Positions 10,801 to 20,746 are shown, counted from the first letter of the stretch. The stretch is DNA of 64,000 nucleotides from Candidatus Ozemobacteraceae bacterium (GCA_965140445.1 OZ223236.1:672001-736000); one strand, 5' to 3'. Notes: generated by a model from the letters alone, not told the origin. Translations and numbers: made by a program.

Positions 10801-11509
10801 ATTCTGCTTTATTAATTTCCAGAGTTCCCGCTCCAACATCGAGATTACTTTGTTTAACAGTGTTTACTATTTCAGGGATGCTGATGTTATAGGCTTCAAG
10901 TGCTTCGGGGTCTATGTCTATCTGATATTCTTTTACAAAACCACCCACTGATCCAACTTCTGAAACCCCGTCAACAGATTGAAGGGCAAATTTTATTGTC
11001 CAATCCTGTATGCTGCGCAGCTCCTCCAGACTAAAACCTTCGCCTTCAACCGTATACCAGAAAATCTGTCCCAATGCGGTTGCGTCAGGCCCAATTACAG
11101 GCGATACCCCATCGGGGATTTGTTTTTTTATACTGGCCAGTTTTTCCAGAATTCGAGATCTAGACCAGTAAAAATCAACTTTTTCATCGAAAATTACGTA
11201 AATAGAGGAGAAGCCCAGCATGGAACTTGCTCTTATCGTTTTAACGCCTGGGATACCCATCAAATTTACCGTTAATGGGTAAGTAATCTGATCTTCAACA
11301 TCCCTTGGTGATCGGCCTGGCCAGCTTGTAAAGACTATTTGCTGATTTTCCCCAATATCTGGTATGGCATCAACTGGAACTGGATCTGAGGGCAATCCAT
11401 GTGGAATGTCGAAAGGCAATACAGAAAGGCCGTAACCAATTATTAAAACGAGCAAAATGATTGCTACCAGGCGTTTTTCCAGGAAAAATTTTATAACTGA
11501 ATCTAACAT
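7853..11509 (-). CDS. cusA: CusA/CzcA family heavy-metal efflux RND permease
   Basis: VDAIPDIGENQQIVFT, GPDATALGQIFWY, SLAGIAIAIGTMVD, EGKLFKPLA, RPCLMTTATT. Confidence 0.92.
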   Translation of the reverse strand: MLDSVIKFFLEKRLVAIILLVLIIGYGLSVLPFDIPHGLPSDPVPVDAIPDIGENQQIVFTSWPGRSPRDVEDQITYPLTVNLMGIPGVKTIRASSMLGFSSIYVIFDEKVDFYWSRSRILEKLASIKKQIPDGVSPVIGPDATALGQIFWYTVEGEGFSLEELRSIQDWTIKFALQSVDGVSEVGSVGGFVKEYQIDIDPEALEAYNISIPEIVNTVKQSNLDVGAGTLEINKAEYLIRGIGFIKSLADIKNSVIKAVNGTPITLEQVAKIKFGPAPRRGVLDKSGAEAVGAVVVTRFGANPLEVIQKVKNKIKEISQGLPSRRLANGTMSKVKIVPFYDRTKLIGETLGTLQDALSQQIIITILVVSVMLFHLSSSFLISSLLPIAVLMTFIAMKLTGVDANLMSLAGIAIAIGTMVDMGVILCENTVKKIEEDASKNVSLLSSIYEATSEVGSAVLTAVSTTVVGFLPVFAMTGAEGKLFKPLAYTKSYALGASLFIALIFIPVAASFVFKKRQTSSKTWIGVTIAGILASLFSSFIATILVTAGITGLIWNSLSEKHKKLVNDYSTWLFALAAIFSLSYLWMPLGISKGFFLNLLAVFLACSFILGSFNLFMKFYAPLLSYFLNNKLIFACIPLCILLWGAMVWQGSSNVLGWVPKIFSPLKLDKFIKESYLWNKLDESFPGLGREFMPPLDEGSFLLMPTTMPHASISEAKEILRQQDIAISNIPEVESVTGKIGRVDSPLDPAPLSMIETIISYKSEYGEVDPNTGKRKRQWREHIKTPDDIWSEIVKVSKIPGTTSAPRLQPIAARLVMLQTGIRAPMGLQISGPDLESVEKAGYLMEKELKNIEGIDPTTVAADRIVGKPYLEIKIDRAAAARHGIRILEIQNLIETALGGKPIAYTVEGRERYAVRVRFARELRDNPDLISRLPITSSSRRRIPLGDLAQINFVRGPQVIKSENSFTVGYVIFDKTPGSAETDVVENAQKHLARLITDGKIVLPANTSFKFIGNYQNQVRSEHRLKVILPISLLIIFLILYLQFGSVSVTFLVFTGITIAWSGGFILIWLYSKPWFMDFGIFGNGIRDLFNMHAMNLSVAVWVGFIALFGIASDDGVVMATYLNESLKENEPTDEKQLKAAVLEAGLKRIRPCLMTTATTILALLPVLTSTGRGADVMIPMAIPTFGGMCIELVTLFVVPVGYCLLKEIELKTNTKIKP

Positions 11510-11511
11510 GG

Positions 11512-13440
11512 TTACTTATTTCCCTGTTTCTCAATTGTTTTTCTGGTTTCTCCGCATTTATACATCATGGAACCAAAGTATGGATTGGCCAGATCTGGTG
11601 TGTTCTGAAACCATATTGCCCCTTTGTTGTCAAAAGCCATTGGACAAAACATTTCGTAAATTTTGCTTTCTGAGATATTACCAAGCTTATCAGTTATGTT
11701 TTTTATGAATTTGGTTGCATGAGAGAGCCCTTCGCGCTGAGCTTTAATTTCTTTCATGGCGGAAATATGTTTAAACCCTTGTTCTAGCCCCTTAAGCTCA
11801 TCAACAAGATCTTTTTGGGAAGGCTCCTGCTCAAGTGTTTCAATCATTGTGAGAACTTTCTGGTGAGCTTTTAAAGCTTGATCCTGTGTGGCTTCAGCCT
11901 TATCCAAAGAAAGGAGTTCTGCTAATTTAAAATAGTCCTGAAAAATATCTCTAAGGTTAGCTTCATTTGCCGAATTAAGCTTTGCATGCATCATATTCAT
12001 CTGGGCATGCTTACTCATTTTAGATTTGGCTACTTCCTGGTTTTCAATGGCCAGCGGTTTGCTTTGAATTTTACCAGGATTCATCATACTTTCGTTGCCC
12101 CTGAGTTGTTGTTCAGAATCAATTTTGAAAGCTGCTTGTGAGACAACTAAATCTCCCTCTTTTAACCCTGACTTCAAAAAATATCCCTCATCAAGCAATG
12201 AACCAATTTCAACTGAACATAGCCTATAGAACGGTTTGTTGTCTGAAATTTTCTGGTATGCAATTGACCTTTTACCCGTCCAGAGAATTGCAGATTCTGG
12301 GATTATAAGAGGGTTAGAAACGTTCCTGGTTCCCGCAAACCCAAGTTGTTCAGCCGGTACAAGTGCCATGCCGCAGACATCACATGTTCCAGGCTTGTCT
12401 TTGATAACTTCGGGATGCATTGGAGATATCCATTTTCCTGACATATCTTCGGAAACTGTTTCCCCCTCTGCGTTTACACGCACTTTTATAACACTGCGAG
12501 CAAACATTCCGGGTTTTAATTGCCCGGTTTTGTTATCCAGGTTAACTCGCACTTCAACGGTTCTGGTAACAGGATCAAGAACCGGAGAAATAAAGGAAAT
12601 CCGGCCCTTATAATTTTCACCGGGAAAGGCGTCTATCTCGCAATCAACGCTTTGCCCATACTTTAACCACTTCACATCTCTTTCGTATGCTGAAATAATT
12701 AACCAGACTTGATTCAGATCAACAATTGAGAATAGGCGTGTCCCTCGATTAACATACATCCCTTCGTTTACGAACTTCTCAATAACTATCCCTGATGAAG
12801 GAGAATTGATGGTCATATGGTCTGAAGGGGCAGATGCTTTTAACATTGTTTCTAGTTGAGGTTTACTGATGCCAAGTTTTATAAGACGCTCCTTGACGGC
12901 TTTGAGCAATTCTGGCCGTTTCAGAGAGCTTAACAGCTCCTCGTGGGCAGAAATCAATTCCGGGCTGAAGAACTCTGCCATGTGATCGCCAACTTTTACC
13001 GGGATTCCGGTGTAGTTTATATGAAGTTTGTCTATTCTTCCGCTTACCCATGCGGTTACGTGTTTCATCCTGGTTTCATCTGGCTTGATTACCCCAGTAA
13101 GACGAATAGTTTTATGAGCCTCAATTCGATTTAGGACCGAAGTTTCTAATTTTGCCATTTTGGCAGCAGCTTCGCTTATTTCAAAATTGCCATTTTCACC
13201 AGAATTTGAGTCAGCATGGAGGAGAATCAAATCCATAAAGCAAATAGGACATTTTCCCGGCTTGTTTTTTTGAACATTTGGGTGCATGGAGCATGTCCAG
13301 ATTTCTGCCTTTTTTTGTTCTGCTTTTTGAGCTGAGTTGTCATGCGATTCTCTATTTGGCGTTGAAAAAAAGAGAAAACAAATAAAGAAACCTGCAAAAA
13401 ATGATATCAAATACCTTTTTTTACTAAAAATTCTTTTCAT
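11512..13440 (-). CDS. cusB: CusB-like periplasmic adaptor with two heavy-metal-binding modules and a C-terminal DUF3347-like domain
   Basis: WTCSMHP..CPIC.M and WISPMHP..CDVCGM modules, LKPGMF, C-terminal FCPMAFDNKGAIW..NPYFG..C. Confidence 0.88.
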   Translation of the reverse strand: MKRIFSKKRYLISFFAGFFICFLFFSTPNRESHDNSAQKAEQKKAEIWTCSMHPNVQKNKPGKCPICFMDLILLHADSNSGENGNFEISEAAAKMAKLETSVLNRIEAHKTIRLTGVIKPDETRMKHVTAWVSGRIDKLHINYTGIPVKVGDHMAEFFSPELISAHEELLSSLKRPELLKAVKERLIKLGISKPQLETMLKASAPSDHMTINSPSSGIVIEKFVNEGMYVNRGTRLFSIVDLNQVWLIISAYERDVKWLKYGQSVDCEIDAFPGENYKGRISFISPVLDPVTRTVEVRVNLDNKTGQLKPGMFARSVIKVRVNAEGETVSEDMSGKWISPMHPEVIKDKPGTCDVCGMALVPAEQLGFAGTRNVSNPLIIPESAILWTGKRSIAYQKISDNKPFYRLCSVEIGSLLDEGYFLKSGLKEGDLVVSQAAFKIDSEQQLRGNESMMNPGKIQSKPLAIENQEVAKSKMSKHAQMNMMHAKLNSANEANLRDIFQDYFKLAELLSLDKAEATQDQALKAHQKVLTMIETLEQEPSQKDLVDELKGLEQGFKHISAMKEIKAQREGLSHATKFIKNITDKLGNISESKIYEMFCPMAFDNKGAIWFQNTPDLANPYFGSMMYKCGETRKTIEKQGNK

Positions 13441-14843
13441 CGCTTTTCACTCCCGCTTTCTTTTCCAGATAAAAATTCAAGTTCATAGATCTTTTGGGCT
13501 AGCTCATTCTTGGCTTGCAATAGAAGTTTGGAAGTATTAAAAAGCTTTTGCTCAACATCTACGAGTTCGATGGTGGATATTCCAGCATTTCGATACTGGC
13601 TTTTTGCAGCATTAAATGCTTGCTGAATATCTGGAACAGAAGTTGTTCCAAGAATAAAAATAGTCTTTTTCAGTGCTTTGATTTCGTTGGAAACAGTCTT
13701 AGATTTTGCAATAAGCCTATTTATCACATCTTTGTGGTTGTTTTTCGATAGCTTAACTCCATGATCCAATTGTTTTAAAAAGCTTCTATTGAATTCTAAA
13801 GACTGAAATTGCATGGTTTTTTTCATGAAATCAGGCTGAGAAAAACTTTTATTGCTTGATGCTGAAACTGTTCGCAAAGAAGAATCATCAACATACTCAG
13901 GAAGAACCTTTCTGTTGACCAACTCCCTGGTCGAAGCAACGAGCTGGTAGGAAAATGATGCGATAAGCGCTTCTGGATGAGAATTAAGACGCTCCAGAGA
14001 AAACTGATGGACATTTATTGGTTGCTCTAAAAGCTGCCAAACATAAAACTTATCAATGTCCAGCATGGCGGCTAGTTGATTGCATTTCTCATCTAACTTT
14101 GCGTTCAGATCTAATTTAAGAGTTCTAAGATTGTCGCGCCGATTACGAATTAAAGCTACCTTATTAAAGCCGATTTCACCAGAAACATATAGCTCTTTGC
14201 TCGAGTCAGATATTAGTTCATATGACTTTTCCAGATCGCTTACCAGGTATTTCAATTTTCTGAGCATGACGATTTCGGAAGCGGTTTGTCGTAAGTTTTT
14301 TATCTGCCTCAATTTCTCAAGCCTGAGATTTTCTGAGGTTTTCCTGATTTCTAAATCAATAATTCTTTGCCTCAGCCTATATAGCCCGGGGTTTACAAGT
14401 GTTTTTTGTATTTTCCCATTGTCGGGCATCTGTGTAAGAAAAGAGCTGTATTGGGCTAATAAAAGCTCAATTGCCTCTGATTGATTAAGATGATCTTGTG
14501 CTATTTGAACCTTGTTGGCGGCCATGGCGATGCTTCGATTATTCTGAAGCAAAAGATGAACCAGATCTTGAATTTTGTATTTTTTCTTATTATCAAAAAT
14601 AACCTTAGGGTCCTCGGAAATATGGCTAACTGGATAGTCTGGCGAAAACTTATTGTTAAATGCGGGAAGTTCCAAGATCGGTTTACGATCAGAAATTTTC
14701 GAATTTTTGAGTAATTTAATCTGTTGCCTGTAAAAGTCGGTTTCGATCTTTTCCCTTGCTGATAACGATGGAACAAGATTGGTTATTGCGGGCAGCAAAG
14801 ATATAGCACCCAAGAATACAACCTTCGTTAATAATCTTTTCAT
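13437..14843 (-). CDS. TolC-like outer-membrane efflux protein (divergent)
   Basis: Signal peptide MKRLLTKVVFLG.., helical repeats with Y..G...ELV ends; lies within the cus operon. Confidence 0.65.
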   Translation of the reverse strand: MKRLLTKVVFLGAISLLPAITNLVPSLSAREKIETDFYRQQIKLLKNSKISDRKPILELPAFNNKFSPDYPVSHISEDPKVIFDNKKKYKIQDLVHLLLQNNRSIAMAANKVQIAQDHLNQSEAIELLLAQYSSFLTQMPDNGKIQKTLVNPGLYRLRQRIIDLEIRKTSENLRLEKLRQIKNLRQTASEIVMLRKLKYLVSDLEKSYELISDSSKELYVSGEIGFNKVALIRNRRDNLRTLKLDLNAKLDEKCNQLAAMLDIDKFYVWQLLEQPINVHQFSLERLNSHPEALIASFSYQLVASTRELVNRKVLPEYVDDSSLRTVSASSNKSFSQPDFMKKTMQFQSLEFNRSFLKQLDHGVKLSKNNHKDVINRLIAKSKTVSNEIKALKKTIFILGTTSVPDIQQAFNAAKSQYRNAGISTIELVDVEQKLFNTSKLLLQAKNELAQKIYELEFLSGKESGSEKR

Positions 14844-14847
14844 GGTG

Positions 14848-16137
14848 CTAATCTCCTTGCTCAGCAATTGGAGAGAATCCGAGTTTTTTCTCCAGATCTG
14901 CCAGAGCAATAAAGGAATCAGTAATATTTTTTAACCAGGCCATATTGGTCGCATAAAACAGTATTTGTGCGTCCAGATATTGAGCAATAGACGATACGTT
15001 TGAAGAATGATATTCCGTCTCAACCTCATCTATGGCTTTTTTGGCCTGAGGAACTATTGTTTCCTTGTATAGCTGGTTCATTCTTACAAGATTCTTGTAT
15101 TTAAAAACAGCTTCCTTTATCTCTGCTTCGGTATTGCGCTTTAGACTTTCTAATCTGCTTTTGGCTGCTAGAAAGTCCTGATTGGCTTTTTGATTTTTAG
15201 CTCTATTCTTGGTTCTCCAGATTGGCAAATTCATAGAAAGGAAAAATGTTCGAGTGTTTTTTCCTTCACCAGGTATATCGATACCTGACAAGTCGGGTCT
15301 TTGTCCTATTCGACCTTCGGTGTAACCAACCGTAAAATCTGGTTTCCCCTCCAGATTGGCAAGCCTTTTCATGGCTCGCGCCTTCTCCGACAAGAGTTTG
15401 AGTTTTTTTATTTCCTGGCGCTCATGAAGGGCTTTTTCGGCAAGTTCAGCGATTTCCGGATTAAAACTAAATTCCGGCAGAGCGGCAATTTTCTTAACCT
15501 CTAGCCCTGTTAATGCTTTTAGCCATGCTTTTTTAACTTCTAATCTTTCCTGAAATACTAACTGGTCATTTCCCACCTGAGCGAGCTGGCTTTGTGCTTT
15601 CAAAATGGCAATTTTATCGGATGGAGAGGTTTTGGAATCTGCCAGTGACATGGTTGCCATTTTGCTAATAAGCTCAACACTTTTTTGTGAAAGCTCAATG
15701 GCATTTTGCAAAAACCACATTTCAGCAAACAGTTTTTTCACTTGAATTATGGTATTTCTAACCCGTATTTCATACTCTACATACTTTGCATTTGCAGCTA
15801 TATTTAAAGAACGAATTTTAGTCTTTTGCTTGCCAGGAAATGGTAGAGTCTGGCTAATACTGAAAGTCCCCTTTAATTTTCCTGTTCGTGTCTGGGTTGG
15901 TTCCTGAGATTTTGAAAAAGTTACCATTGGATCTTTTAACGCAGAATCCGAGATAATATCTGATCGTTTAGCCCGCCATGTATGCCAGGCTTCCTTCAAT
16001 TCTGGATTATTTTCAATGGTTCCTTCAATTAATTGTTTTAATGTGGTTTCATTCGAGCTTTCGCATGAAGTGATCTCTGACGACCAACCTGCAGATGAAA
16101 AAAGGATAAACAAAAATATAAAAATCTTTTTTTGCAT
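14848..16137 (-). CDS. TolC/CusC family outer-membrane efflux protein
   Basis: Signal peptide, ENNPEL, SQTLPFPGK, KPDFTVG, MNLPIW, YKETIVPQA. Confidence 0.85.
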   Translation of the reverse strand: MQKKIFIFLFILFSSAGWSSEITSCESSNETTLKQLIEGTIENNPELKEAWHTWRAKRSDIISDSALKDPMVTFSKSQEPTQTRTGKLKGTFSISQTLPFPGKQKTKIRSLNIAANAKYVEYEIRVRNTIIQVKKLFAEMWFLQNAIELSQKSVELISKMATMSLADSKTSPSDKIAILKAQSQLAQVGNDQLVFQERLEVKKAWLKALTGLEVKKIAALPEFSFNPEIAELAEKALHERQEIKKLKLLSEKARAMKRLANLEGKPDFTVGYTEGRIGQRPDLSGIDIPGEGKNTRTFFLSMNLPIWRTKNRAKNQKANQDFLAAKSRLESLKRNTEAEIKEAVFKYKNLVRMNQLYKETIVPQAKKAIDEVETEYHSSNVSSIAQYLDAQILFYATNMAWLKNITDSFIALADLEKKLGFSPIAEQGD

Positions 16138-16201
16138 GGAGCCCTCTCAAGGAAAATACGGCCCTCAATGCATTGAGCGCCGCTTTAAATTTTTTATATA
16201 T

Positions 16202-16576
16202 TTATTCGATTGATTCTTTATCGTGGTAGAAAGTAATGTTCTTTCCTTTGACTTTAAAGAATTCAAGGGATGCTTTTTTCCCAGTAACCGGGCACAATCC
16301 ATTCTTATTAGTTACGGTCAATACTACTTCTTTCGCGTCCTTTAGCTTTGGCGAATATTTATCAAAATCGTTGAGAAACATTTGAATACAACCAGGGCAG
16401 CAAAAATAGTAGAGCTTTCCATCTGTTATCACACCTACCGATTCGTTCACTTTACCACCCATGACAGGACAAACATCGGTTTGAACTAAAACTATTGTTT
16501 CTGGAAAAGGAGCTTCGGCATAAGTACAAGTGAGCGAAAGAAGCGATAAAATAAAAACAATCAGAAATTTTTTCAT
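16202..16576 (-). CDS. Exported YHS/TRASH-like metal-binding protein
   Basis: Signal peptide; CPVMGG..YYFCCPGC and a second CPVTGK motif. Confidence 0.75.
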   Translation of the reverse strand: MKKFLIVFILSLLSLTCTYAEAPFPETIVLVQTDVCPVMGGKVNESVGVITDGKLYYFCCPGCIQMFLNDFDKYSPKLKDAKEVVLTVTNKNGLCPVTGKKASLEFFKVKGKNITFYHDKESIE

Positions 16577-16595
16577 TTTGGCCTCCCAAGGCTAA

Positions 16596-16814
16596 TTATT
16601 CATCAGACAATTCATCAGAGACTTTATGGACCGGCTTTACTATTTTACTATCTTCCGCATATTGCAAAGCTCTCCGGCTAAGGCTCTTAGACCAGGAATA
16701 GAAATCGCTGGCGATCTTATATGTTTTTTCTTTTATCGCCTTTTTTTCTTCTGGCGGTGTCCACAAAGCTAAGGCGATTGCCAGTGTTAACAAAAAAGTT
16801 ATAAAAGATTTCAT
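16596..16814 (-). CDS. Small hypothetical membrane-anchored protein
   Basis: N-terminal hydrophobic helix; AGGAAG upstream; co-oriented with the cus operon. Confidence 0.5.
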   Translation of the reverse strand: MKSFITFLLTLAIALALWTPPEEKKAIKEKTYKIASDFYSWSKSLSRRALQYAEDSKIVKPVHKVSDELSDE

Positions 16815-17092
16815 AAGAAACTTCCTGCATTTCTTTCTAATAAAGATATTTATTTAAGGTACATGTTCAAGTATACCATCGCCTTACCGCCAAAAAAATG
16901 CTCAACCATACTTCAGCGTAGATGTCAGTATATAAAGCCTAAAGCAATGCCTATACTTTATTTCTATACTGGTTACATTTATTAGATGAGTTTTAAATCA
17001 GAGACAAGAAATTGAAACTTCGCTATTTGCTATTTTCGCTATATTTGCTACTTTTAGTGAAAATTTCACTTTGCTTTGCAGGAGACAGTCAA

Positions 17093-19162
17093 ATGCCACA
17101 TAATTCCCATGGAAAAGCCAAAAACCACCTGGCAAATTCTAACAGCCCGTATCTTTTACAGCACGCTGAAAACCCGGTAAATTGGTATCCGTGGGGAGAT
17201 GAAGCCTTTAATCTGGCGGAAAATAACAATCGTTTGATTTTCTTGTCCATCGGTTATTCTACCTGTCATTGGTGCCATGTGATGGCGCATGAATCCTTTG
17301 AAAGTGATTCTGTTGCAGAGGTTCTCAATGAGAATTTTGTTTCCATAAAAGTTGATCGGGAAGAACGCCCGGATGTTGATAAGGTTTATATGGATGTTTG
17401 TCAGGCCATGACTGGTGGCGGTGGCTGGCCTTTAACTGTTATTATGACGCCATCCGGTATTCCAATTTTCGCGGGAACCTATTTTCCACGTGAATCAAAA
17501 CATGGAAGGCCCGGATTAATTGATTTACTAAAGTTGTTTTCCCAAAAGTGGCGTGAAACTCCAGGGATTCTGGTCGCTCAGGCGGAAAAAATACGCTCAC
17601 ACTTTCAGAATCTCGAAACCCCGGAATCTGAAAAATTAAGCGACAGTATTCTTAAAGAAGCTGTCAGTTCAATTCTGGCTGAATACGAACCTCGATTTGG
17701 TGGTTTTGGAAGCTCGCCAAAATTTCCCATGGCTCACAAACTTACTTTTTTGCTGAGGATGCTTAAATTCAGCAAAGGTAAAAGCGATTTGGAAAAGGTG
17801 GAATTTACCCTTAAATCAATGTATAAGGGTGGTATCTACGATCATATTGGTTTTGGTTTCTGTAGATACAGTGTGGATGAAAAATGGCTTGTTCCACATT
17901 TTGAAAAAATGCTTTATGACAATGCGCTTTTAGCTCAGGCGTATCTCGAAGCTTATCAGACCACTAAAGATGAATTTTATAAACAAGTGGTTCAGGAGAT
18001 TTTTATTTACCTGCAACGGGACCTGATGCATGAATCTGGCGCATACTATTGCGCCGAAGACGCAGACAGCGAAGGTGAAGAAGGCAAATTTTATATTTTT
18101 TCAAAAGGGGCTTTCTCAGAAGCCTTAGATGAAGGTTATAGCGATGAAATTGCTGATTATTTCGGAGTAACTCTGGCTGGTAACTTTGAATACGGACAGA
18201 ATATTCTCAATCTAAGAAAAATTTCCTCGGAATTTGCTAACGAGAAGGGCCTTTCGCAACAGGAATTAGAGCAAAAGATCGGCTCTGCCAGAAAACTCCT
18301 GTTAGACTATCGTAGTCAAAGAGTTAGACCTTCACTGGATGACAAAATTCTCACCTCATGGAACGGCTTGATAATTTCTGCGTTGGCGAATGCCGGAAAA
18401 GTCTTTAACGACCAAAAACTAATCAAACAAGCCTCCAAGGCCGCAGATTTTATTCTTGATAAAATGACCGATGACGAAGGTCGCCTGCTCAGATCCTGGC
18501 GAAAGGGAACCGCTGGCGGCAGAGGCTATCTTGAAGATTATACTTTCTTTGTTACAGGCCTGGTCGATCTCTTCATGGCAGGTGGCCAGCCAAAATACCT
18601 GGCAAGCGCAATTAAATTGCACAACGATGCACTAACCCTATTCGCCGGCAACCGACCAGGCGAATTCTTCGAAACCGCTTCCGATGCCGAAAAGCTATTT
18701 GTCCGCCCCGAAAATGAATATGACGGGGCGATCCCCTCCGCAATTTCCCATCTGGCAATGAACGCTGTTACCATTGCCAGATTAACCGCTAACCCCGAAC
18801 ATGAAAAAATTGCCGAAGAAATTCTAGAAAAGAATGCCCAGTTCATTAAGCGTGTCCCATCAAGTTTCACAAGACTTTTGACCGCCCTGCAGCTTCTAAA
18901 ATCCGACCCCGTCGAAATCATTCTCGTAGGCGAAGAATCCAGTCTTGCCCCATTTAAAGCGGCACTGTCTGAGACATATCTGCCAGATGCAATCCAGATA
19001 ATAAAGACTCCCCAAAATGCAGAAGAGCTAAGCAAGCTAATTCCCATGCTAAAAGACTATCAAATCGCCACAGAATCCCCCACGCTTTATATTTGCAATG
19101 GCTATAGTTGTCAGAGCCCGATTACTGATCCAAACAAAATAAAAGAATCTTTGCAGAAATAA
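17093..19162 (+). CDS. YyaL/SSP411 family thioredoxin-domain protein
   Basis: NHL..SPYLLQHAENPVNW, GYSTCHWCHVM, KVDREERPD, GGWPL, VPHFEKMLYDNA, DDKILTSWNGL; a TTG start at 17012 (adding a signal-like segment) is possible. Confidence 0.92.
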   Translation: MPHNSHGKAKNHLANSNSPYLLQHAENPVNWYPWGDEAFNLAENNNRLIFLSIGYSTCHWCHVMAHESFESDSVAEVLNENFVSIKVDREERPDVDKVYMDVCQAMTGGGGWPLTVIMTPSGIPIFAGTYFPRESKHGRPGLIDLLKLFSQKWRETPGILVAQAEKIRSHFQNLETPESEKLSDSILKEAVSSILAEYEPRFGGFGSSPKFPMAHKLTFLLRMLKFSKGKSDLEKVEFTLKSMYKGGIYDHIGFGFCRYSVDEKWLVPHFEKMLYDNALLAQAYLEAYQTTKDEFYKQVVQEIFIYLQRDLMHESGAYYCAEDADSEGEEGKFYIFSKGAFSEALDEGYSDEIADYFGVTLAGNFEYGQNILNLRKISSEFANEKGLSQQELEQKIGSARKLLLDYRSQRVRPSLDDKILTSWNGLIISALANAGKVFNDQKLIKQASKAADFILDKMTDDEGRLLRSWRKGTAGGRGYLEDYTFFVTGLVDLFMAGGQPKYLASAIKLHNDALTLFAGNRPGEFFETASDAEKLFVRPENEYDGAIPSAISHLAMNAVTIARLTANPEHEKIAEEILEKNAQFIKRVPSSFTRLLTALQLLKSDPVEIILVGEESSLAPFKAALSETYLPDAIQIIKTPQNAEELSKLIPMLKDYQIATESPTLYICNGYSCQSPITDPNKIKESLQK

Positions 19163-19257
19163 ACATCAAGATTGCAATTCTTTCACTTATTCTGCGGAAT
19201 TATAAAATTCAGTTTAATTACTTGTATGCTAATCAATACAAAGTAGACTCATGGAAA

Positions 19258-19581
19258 TTAATCTTGAATTGCTTCAGATACAGTCCAAACTTCAACCGTT
19301 TGCCCTACAGGTCTGATTTTTACTTTTCCACTAAATATTTTAGTATCAACGATATATACATTTAAACCAGCCTTCAGAGGGAAAACCAGCTTAGTGTTAA
19401 TCAACTTTTGAAGAGCTACATGATCTTTTGCAACAGAATATTCTATTGCTTTATCTAATAACTTTTCTGACACAGAGGCTAAATAACCTGATTTTGTAGT
19501 TCTAACTGTTTGCGCCATCGCCAAGTTGTAAAAAGCAAATAAGAAAATAGTAAGTAATAGTAATTTAGTTATTTGTCTCAC
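19258..19581 (-). CDS. Hypothetical exported protein
   Basis: GTG start after AAGGAG; signal peptide ending AMA-Q. Confidence 0.7.
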   Translation of the reverse strand: MRQITKLLLLTIFLFAFYNLAMAQTVRTTKSGYLASVSEKLLDKAIEYSVAKDHVALQKLINTKLVFPLKAGLNVYIVDTKIFSGKVKIRPVGQTVEVWTVSEAIQD

Positions 19582-19700
19582 GAAAGACTCCTTTATATCT
19601 ACTCTTAATTTCTAGCCAAAATTGGCTTTTTAACTCAGGCCTATATACCCCGTTAGCCCGAAATTAATTTTGTACAGTTCTGCTTTTAGAAAAGCAAATC

Positions 19701-20510
19701 TTATTTGTTTATTTCGCTATAATTAGTTCTTTTTATAAATTCTTCCTTTGTTACCCAATCCGAGATAGGTGAAGTAAGCTTTGAATTATCTATAAATATT
19801 GGGCCAACCAGACTGTTTTTGCCTTCGGCTTTGTCTCCTAAATGTATAATCTTAAATTTATCTCCTTCAATTTCACAGATGCCTACTGGTTGGTCTTTAG
19901 GAAGTTTTATATTTGAAGCAAGCATATATTGAGATTTAACCCTATATATCGTCATTCTTTCTAGTAACTTTCTTTTCATCTCTGATATTTCAGAAATAGC
20001 AGAGCCAACCTTTAATTTTGCAATTATTTCATTAATAAATTTTAAGATTCCGGTAAATTGAATCATATATGCTTGCTTTTGTAAGTTTGAGCCATTTGTT
20101 TTTGCCCAAACATCTTGCAGATTTTTAAGAATTTCCCATTTCTTGTAATAAAAACTTATTATTTCTTTTTCACGTTTATTTGCTTTTTGTTTAAGCGCTT
20201 CAATCTCTGGCTTATTCTTATTGAATAAGATTTGAAATTCAGGATATTTGGCTATGCAAGTCAAATAATTGGAGCTAAAGACAAAGATTTCAAAGTCATT
20301 AACTGGCGAAAATTTTGTTTCGATTAAACTTAAAACTTCGGCTTCTGTTAAATCAGCCCTTGCAGTTAGAGAAGAAAGCTTTACACCGCATTTAGAACAA
20401 AAAGCGCTTTCATCAGGTAACGGTTGCCCACACTTATTACAAAACATTGCAAATAAGTTCATGGCTGTAAAAATAAATAAAAATAGAATTGCTATATAAT
20501 TTCTCTTCAT
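19701..20510 (-). CDS. Hypothetical exported protein with N-terminal zinc ribbon
   Basis: Signal peptide then FCNKCG..FCSKCG; GGGAG SD. Confidence 0.7.
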   Translation of the reverse strand: MKRNYIAILFLFIFTAMNLFAMFCNKCGQPLPDESAFCSKCGVKLSSLTARADLTEAEVLSLIETKFSPVNDFEIFVFSSNYLTCIAKYPEFQILFNKNKPEIEALKQKANKREKEIISFYYKKWEILKNLQDVWAKTNGSNLQKQAYMIQFTGILKFINEIIAKLKVGSAISEISEMKRKLLERMTIYRVKSQYMLASNIKLPKDQPVGICEIEGDKFKIIHLGDKAEGKNSLVGPIFIDNSKLTSPISDWVTKEEFIKRTNYSEINK

Positions 20511-20746
20511 AACTCCCTCTTAAGTTGATAATATTTGCTGGCATTCTTTTCTTTTATATTCTGAACCAGTTTTTCTAATAAATCTTTTGGGAGTTTCTTG
20601 CAAGGTCTAATATCTAAGCTACACTTGGCTGTTGCAATAATCGTTTTGTTGATAATTTTATAGCAAATATCTTCTAAGTTCCCAGAAAAAGCAGGTAAAA
20701 CAGATAGACTAGAAAAAAAGAAAAGAAATAGTAGTTTTTTTCTCAT
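20507..20746 (-). CDS. Small hypothetical exported protein
   Basis: Signal-like MRKKLLFLFFF..AFS; stop overlaps the next start (ATGA). Confidence 0.55.
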   Translation of the reverse strand: MRKKLLFLFFFSSLSVLPAFSGNLEDICYKIINKTIIATAKCSLDIRPCKKLPKDLLEKLVQNIKEKNASKYYQLKREL

